From Macrostomum lignano (Eukaryota): DNA of 64,000 nucleotides. The stretch is taken from the NCBI GenBank assembly GCA_002269645.1, contig NIVC01001747.1, positions 124,001-188,000 of the forward strand, given 5' to 3'. Positions 57,080 to 64,000 of this stretch are shown piece after piece. Positions within the stretch are counted from its first letter, which is position 1. Every line of letters begins with the position of its first letter. Made by a program: the position numbers and the translations under genes. The notes beneath the pieces are model-generated. The model saw nothing but the letters and a program-made list of their open reading frames with translations, searched no databases and was not told the origin of the DNA.

Positions 57080-57610
57080 ATCTTAATATGGCGCCCACCG
57101 AGAGACAGGGGCGCCCAACAAGAGACAGGGGCGCCCAACAAGAGACAGGGGCGCCCAACAAGAGACAGGGGCGCCCAACAAGAGAGTAGAGACAGGGGCG
57201 CCAAACAAGAGACAGGGACGCCCAACAAGAGACAGGGACGCCCAACAAGAGAGTAGAGACAGGGCGCCCAACAAGAGACAGGGGCGCCCAACAAGAGACA
57301 GGGGCGCCCAACAAGAGACAGGGGGCGCCAACCAAAAGATAAGGGCGCCAACTAAGAGACAGGGGGCGCCAACTAAGAGACAGGGGCGCCAACCAAGAGA
57401 CAGGGGCACCTTTCATAAAGACAGAGGCGCCTAACAAGAGACAGGGGCGCCCAACAAGAGACAGGGGCGCCCAACAAGAGACAGGGGGCGCCAACCAAAA
57501 GATAAGGGCGCCAACTAAGAGACAGGGGGCGCCAACTAAGAGACAGGGGCGCCAACCAAGAGACAGGGGCACCTTTCATAAAGACAGAGGCGCCTAACAA
57601 AAGGTAGAGG
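57080..57610 (+). repeat. ~20-bp minisatellite (GAGACAGGGGCGCCCAACAA)n
   Basis: Direct reading. Confidence 0.92.
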
Positions 57611-57799
57611 CACCCAACAAGGTCATAAAACTGCATTAAAGACCATTTCATGAGTCGGGGCACCTCATCGGGAGACAATTTGAATTAGTTAATTTATCAA
57701 AATGAATCGCTAATGCTGCAATTAAACAAGAGTTTTAAATAAAACAAACAGTATAGAACGACCCAAAAGTCACAAATAAGATGGTGTTTTAAATTAGAT

Positions 57800-58290
57800 A
57801 GGGCAACTAATAGTGTCCTAATAGGGCCTCTAATAGCGCCCTAATAGCGCCCTAATAGCGCACCTAATAGCGCTGTAATTGTGCCCATAATAGAATCCCT
57901 AATAGTACACCTAAAAGCTCTCTATGGTTTCCCTAATAGCGACCCTAATAGTCCCATAATAGCGCCCTAATGGTGCCCAAAAGCTACCTAATAGCAACCT
58001 AATAGCGCCCTAATAGCGCCCTAATAGCACACCTAATAGCGCCGTAATTGTGCCTATAATAGCATCCCTAATGGTGCACCTAAAAGCTCTCTATGGTTTC
58101 CCTAATAGCGACCCTAATAGTCCCATAATAGCGCCATGGTGCCCAAGAGCTACCTAATTGCAACCTAATAGCGTCCTAATAGCGCTCCTAATAGCACCCT
58201 AATAGCGTCTCTAATAGTGCACCTAATAGCGCCATAATAGCATCCCTAATAATGCACCTAATAGCGCCCCAAATAAGCTCGCAGCAACCC
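57800..58290 (+). repeat. ~11-bp degenerate repeat (AATAGCGCCCT)n
   Basis: Direct reading. Confidence 0.85.
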
Positions 58291-59359
58291 AATAGAGCCC
58301 AGCTTCCATCCAGAAAAGTATTAGGTCTCAGGAAATAACCATCCGCACAGAAGACAGGCAGACAGAAGAGATGAGGACAGGAACAAGAAGCTGTTGTGTT
58401 TTTTTGCCGCCTCAGCCAGGCAGGTGGAGAGGCATGAAATGAAATTCAAAAATCGTGACGCGGAATGATTATTTTCCTGATTATCAAGCCAGCCGAAATT
58501 CGAGGTGCTGTACTCGAAGCATTTCACTTAAACATGAATATGTATTATCAAAAAGTCTTGCTCAAGAACAATGCATTGCACTGAGCATTCCCCAGAGTCC
58601 TCAGAGCAATGCCAGTTGCTGGGCCAGTGCAGCGCAGCGCCCATACTTGAGTCAACAAGCCAGGAGCTTAAACTGCAGCTTATTCATTAAAAAAAGGTGC
58701 GGGGGCAGCAATGACTGGCTTGTTTGCTAAGCGCAGCAAAATCTCGCTGAGGCAGACAGACTAAACGGGCAGACATTCAGAAAGCCGCTGCTTTTTTCGG
58801 CTGGGGTCCGACAAGCGGAATTGTAAAATTCTCAATAATGCCTCAACAATGCTTTCAAAATTTTAAGTTAGCAATACCCCTTGATAGATTTATGCTACTA
58901 TTTGCTTTTCAGTTACTGTAAGTAGTAAGAACGTGTTTTTTAGCCAGACGAAAAGCGTAAAAAATCGTTAAAACAATTTTCCCCAATCAAATTCGATTTG
59001 CAATTTGTCTACTGTTTAGAAGTAGGATAATTAGCATATTTATCATAAAATTATATGTGGAAGATTTGCTAATTTGCATCTACCGGAAGCCTCCGAACTC
59101 ACAAGTGCATGCGTGTAATGTTTTATACGTTCAATTCATGGTCCTACTCATTACAAATTGGCTACCTGTTAGATATTGTACACCCGTAAGATACTGTACG
59201 ATACATCCGTTAGATACTGTAGATGAGTTAGATACGGTAGATCTGTTAAATACTATAGAACTGTTGGATATTGTAGATGTGTTAGATACAGTAGATATGT
59301 TATATACTGTAGAACTGTTAAATACTGTAGATGTGTTAGATATTCTAGAACTGTTCGAC

Positions 59360-59940
59360 ACACTGCAAAATCCTGTTAGACACTCTGTACACCCTGTTAG
59401 ACACACTGTTAAACCTGTTAGACACATTGGAAACCCTGTTAGACACATTGGAAACCCTGTTAGATACACTTTAAAAAGCTTTTAGACACACTGTAAAACC
59501 TGTTAGACACACTGTAAAACCTGTTAGACACACTGTAAAACCTGTTAGATACACTGTACACCCTGTTAGATACACTGTAAACCCTGTTAGATACACTGTA
59601 CACCCTGTTAGACACACTGTACACCCTGTTAGATACACTTTAAAAAGCTGTTAGACACACTTTAAAACCTGTTAGACACACTAAAACCTGTTAGACACAC
59701 TGTAAAACCTGTTAGATACACTGTAAAACCTGTTAGACACACTGCAAACCCTGTTAGAAACACTTTAAAAAGCTGTTAGACACACTGTAAACCCTGTTAG
59801 ATACACTTTAAAAATCTGTTAGACGCACTGTAAAACCTGTTAGACACCCTGTAAAACCTGTAAGACACACTGTAAAACCTGTTAGACACACTGTACACCC
59901 TGTTAGACACACTGTAAAACCTGTTAGACACACTGTACAC
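59360..59940 (+). repeat. ~21-bp minisatellite (CCTGTTAGACACACTGTAAAA)n
   Basis: Direct reading; directly abuts the cassette D donor. Confidence 0.92.
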
Positions 59941-59944
59941 TCAC

Positions 59945-60363
59945 AGGCCTTCCCAGTGCCAACTTTCCTGGTCAGCACATCCTCCCAGCTCAGCGAGCCA
60001 GCCAACTCGAACACGCAGTCGATGCCGTACAGGGCACCGGATATCCTGGTGCACCAGTTCATGAGCGCCTGGCCCAAGCCTCTCAAACTGGGGATGTCAT
60101 CTGACGGCTGGTAGGCCACCTCTCTGAACACAAAGGTCACCCGGCGCCAGCTGTTGTCCCGCATGAACACTCGAATGATGTCTGGCAGCACCTCCATTCG
60201 AAACGGGGTCACCCGGATCATTCTGGTGCCCTGTCTGTCGTGAAAGACGTCTCGCACGGCTCCCGGCGTGACTTCCGGTATCCGATTGTGAAATGTGAAC
60301 GGGATGAACTGCGTGATTGCGTAATCAGTCACCGGTCCGAAAAATGCGTGAATGCAGAGCTGC
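59945..60363 (-). CDS. Variable cassette D, terminal exon (NPR/rGC ectodomain); upstream exon not located in window
   Basis: Acceptor ttctcccatccgcAG|G CAG (phase 2): QLCIHAFFGPVTDYAITQFIPFTFHNRIPEVTPGA...FHD...MIRVTP...NSWRRVTFVF...LSWEDVLTRKVGTGKA. Ends T|GTGAGT (phase 1). 419 nt. Confidence 0.87.
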
Positions 60364-60439
60364 CTGCGGATGGGAGAATTTGGGAATTGATGTTTTTGTT
60401 TTTAACTAATTCACCTTTTCGGATTCTGAAATCGGTAGA

Positions 60440-60720
60440 TGTTTGAGATTCTGATAAATTCGGGATTCTGAGAAATTCGGGATTCTGAGAAATTCGGGAT
60501 TCTGAGAAATTCAAGATTCTGAGAAATTCGGGGTTCTGAGAAATTCGGGATTCTGAGAAATTCGGGATTCTGAGAAATTCGGGGTTCTGAGAAATTCGGG
60601 GTTCTGAGAAATTCTGGTTTCTGAGAAATTCGGGATTCTGAGAAATTCGGGATTCTGAGAAATTCGGGGTTCTGGGAAATTCGGGATTCTGAGAAGTTCG
60701 GGATTCTTGCGGGATTCGAG
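60440..60720 (+). repeat. 17-bp minisatellite (GATTCTGAGAAATTCGG)n
   Basis: Direct reading. Confidence 0.92.
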
Positions 60721-61199
60721 CATATTTGACGTAAAAATGTCAGCGGACAGCGGAGAACCGGGGAAAATGTCCCAATCTCTTATGTTGGCAACAAAAGATA
60801 TGCTCAACTCTGTAGGGAATTCAGATATAAAACTGCACGATGTGGCTACAGCCGAGGCCTACGTGATGTTTGGGACAAAAGAGAAGCAAGGGATGTTGAC
60901 CGGTTCCTGGGGGATTTTCTTTAGCAAAAAACCATGATGTTTCTCGATGAAAAGCCATGCAGGATGCTCCCTCCGGGGGGGGGAGGGGGCTGCATGGCCC
61001 TCAGGGTTCTCCGCATGCAGCATCGTTGCTGCCCCCCCCCCCCCCTACTCAAATTCTCTCGGTTCCAGGAAACAGAGAAAAATCCACTGGCAAACACGGG
61101 GTTGAAAACGCCGAGTATTCTTCTAGCAGTGGCGCCTCTGCCTTCTTGAATTGATTAGATCCGTTAAATCTACTTGAATTTGATAACGACAAATCAAAT

Positions 61200-61690
61200 C
61201 TTCTATTTTGGCGCCAATTTAAACTGCTATAGTTGGCACCCAATTAAACAAATATTTGACGCCAAGTTAAATAATATTTGGGCTCGTAATTTAACCGTAA
61301 GCTAAGAAAATATTTTTGCCGCCAAATTAAATTAAAATTTGGCTCTTAATTTTACCGTAAGTTAAACAAATATTTTAGCGCCAAATTAAATAGTATTTTG
61401 GCTCTTAATTTATTCCTAGGTTAAACAAATGTTTTGGCGCCAAATTAAATAATACTTTGGCGTTTAATTTTAACCGTAAGTTAATTAAAGTTAATTTTTG
61501 GCGCCAAATTGAAAATATTTGGCCCTTAATCTACCCGTAATATTTTGGCGCCGAATTAAACGATAATTAATTTTGGCGTTAAATTAGTTGCTTAGCTAAA
61601 CAAAAATTCTGGCGTCGAATTAAAATAATAGTTTAATTTTGCTATTTTGGCGCCAAATAATTTAGGATTATTTTTGCGTTAAATTAAAAT
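61200..61690 (+). repeat. AT-rich ~59-bp degenerate repeat with palindromic TTTGGCGCCAAA cores
   Basis: Exact palindromes near 61433, 61498 and 61646; several variants. Confidence 0.75.
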
Positions 61691-62099
61691 TCACTCTACT
61701 TTCACATCTTCCCGAAAAGAGCTGACCGGCCCAGCACTGGCACGTCTGAACTCGAAAAAAGTAAAATTAATGAAACCGACCAGCTCTGGCGGCATTCCGT
61801 GACCAGGTAAAAACTGAGGGCAAAAGTGAAGAGCGAAAATAATTGAGAAGATCAGAGAGGGCCGGAAGTTGAAATTCAGAGTAGTACGAGTTGGACAGGA
61901 AGTGAAGATTTGGTTATAAAGTAGCTGATAAACTATTCCGATTTTTACTGCTTAGACAGTTTTTGAGTCTGAATTGAAAACCGGAGAAAAAAAGTCAGAA
62001 AAGAGGTTTCCAAGCTGAGTGGACGGACTTTTGTGTGTTTCACAAAAAATGGGTTTCGGTCTCCCTTTCTCCTTCAATCTTAATCCACTTATTCTAACT

Positions 62100-63380
62100 C
62101 TCACTCTCTCAACTCTCTCCCTCTCTCCCTCTCTCCCTCTCTCCCTTCTCTCCCTATCGATCCCTTCTCTACCCCTCTCTCCTCTCTCCCTTCTCTCCCT
62201 CCTCTATCTCGCTTCTCTCCCTATCTCCCTTCTCTCCTCTCTCCCTTCTCTCCCTCTTCTATCTCCCTTCTTTCCCTATCTCCCTTCTTTCCCTATCTCC
62301 CTTCTCTCCCTATCTCCCTTCTCTCCCTATCTCCCTTCTCTCCCTATCGATCCCTTCTCTACCCCTCTCTCCTCTCTCCCTCCTCTATCTCGCTTCTCTC
62401 CCTATCTCCCTTCTCTCCTCTCTCCCTTCTCTCCCTCCTCTATCTCCCTTCTTTCCCTATCTCCCTTCTTTCCCTATCTCCCTTCTCTCCCTATCTCCCT
62501 TCTCTCCTCTCTCCCTTCTCTCCCTCCTCTATCTCCCTTCTTTCCCTATCTCCCTTCTTTCCCTATCTCCCTTCTCTCCCTATCTCCCTTCTCTCCCTAT
62601 CTCCCTTCTCTCCCCTATCTCCCTTCTCTCCCTATCTCCCTTCTCTCCCTATCCCCTTTCTCTCCTCTCTCCCTTCTCTCCCTATCCCCTTCTCTCCTCT
62701 CTCTCTTCTCTCCCTCCTCTATCTCCCTTCTTTCCCTATCTCCCTTCTCTCCCTATCTCCCTTCTCTCCCTATCCCCCTTCTCTCCCTATCCTCCTTCTC
62801 TCCCTATCTCCCTTCTCTCCCTATCCCCCTTCTCTCCCTATCCCCCTTCTCTCCCTATCCTCCTTCTCTCCCTATCCCCCTTCTCTCCCTATCCCCCTTC
62901 TCTCCATATCCCCTTCTCTCCCTATCCTCCTTCTCTCCCTATCTCCCTTCTCTCCCTATCTCCCTTCTCTCCCTATCCCCCTTCTCTCCCTATCCCCCTT
63001 CTCTCCCTATCTCCCTTCTCTCCCTATCTCCCTTCTCTCCCTATCCCCCTTCTCTCCCTATCCCCCTTCTCTCCCTATCTCCCTTCTCTCCCTATCCCCC
63101 TTCTCTCCCCATCTCCCCCTCGCCCTCTCTCCCCTCTTTTGACCTCTCTTCCAACTCTTCCCTCTCTTCCTCTCCCTTCTCCTCCTCTCTCCGTTTCTCC
63201 CTATATCCCACCCTCTCCCATCTCTTTTCTCTCCTCTTTATCATCCTCTCTCCTCTCTCACTTCTCGCCTCTGTATCCCCTCTCTCTCCCGTCACCCTCT
63301 CTCGCATCTCTCCTCCCTCCTCTGTATCATCTCTCCCCTCTATTCCTATCATTTCCCTCTTCACTCTCTCCCCCTCTCTT
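62100..63380 (+). repeat. CT-rich minisatellite (CTCCCTATCTCCCTTCT-like)
   Basis: Direct reading. Confidence 0.9.
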
Positions 63381-64000
63381 ATTGTGACCCATCGCAAGCT
63401 CAAGGACCACTAGAATTTACCGTTGTAGCAGAATAAGACATAAAATGTTTCTTAAGTCTAAATAAAAGAGATTTACCCAATCAAAACGTACCGATCGTAA
63501 ATGCATATCAAATTTCTTCAATGAGGAGGGGGTTGGGCTCAGGCTTTTTCGTAGCGGAGAGGTTTTCATTTGTATATACGTGTAGGGTTACGTCGATCGG
63601 TGAGCTATTAATTAATGCACATGCCATGTCGCTTCGTCCCACTAAATCTATCTATTGATAATAATATATACTAATGTTGTAATTGAAGGCGAAATGCACT
63701 GCTTGAAAAAAGCACTGGGGGGGGGGAATCATGGACACACCAATTTTGAAGCTATCGTGGCTCAAAGCTATTCCAGGTGTCTTTAAAAACACTTACTAAC
63801 GATTGCTAAATCTACGAGTATTGCTGCGCTCTCCCGTCTCCTCTCTCCTCTCTCCCCCTTTCCCCTTCTACCCTCTCTCTACCGCTCCCCTCTCCTCTCT
63901 CTTCGCTTTCTTCCCTTCTCTCTACCTCTGCTCTCTCCTCTCTCCTCTCTCCCCTCCACCTCTCCCCTTCTTTCCCTCTACCGTCTCCTCTCTGCCCTCC

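Noticed and set aside
60700-63800. Candidate first exons for cassette D (60700-61150 and 63420-63800)
   Set aside because: No open frame combining signal peptide, VLLP-like strand and a phase-2 donor.

Overview
Eukaryotic (animal) genomic DNA, mostly mini- and microsatellite. The repeat load and GC3-rich exons resemble a repeat-rich invertebrate such as the flatworm Macrostomum, but this is inference only. Nearly all long ORFs in the supplied track are tandem-repeat artefacts. The real coding content is one minus-strand locus encoding the extracellular Venus-flytrap (ANF_receptor) domain of a natriuretic-peptide-receptor / receptor-guanylyl-cyclase-type protein, with an unusual architecture. 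At least four highly divergent 5' cassettes are present: A 7469-7151+5864-5442, B 16118-15722+11739-11384, C 56731-55963, D 60363-59945 (its first exon was not found). Each encodes part or all of the N-terminal ~250 aa of the ectodomain, with a signal peptide in A, B and C. All four end in a phase-1 GT donor at the homologous position. Only one copy of the next exon (769-658, xVVLCADPDTVREIMIKAQELGFINGEYVFFNIDLFS) was found, downstream of all of them. This looks like a variable-cassette/constant-exon receptor locus of the clustered-protocadherin/UGT1 type. A, B and C each have a sense-strand CCAAT box upstream, and several possible decayed cassettes lie in between. Also present are a minimal Penelope-type hammerhead ribozyme (+, 11822-11859), a 13.8-kb 15-bp satellite with higher-order structure and many distinct minisatellites. 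Transmembrane, kinase-homology and cyclase exons are not in the window, so cyclase activity is not shown. All splicing is predicted from sequence alone.
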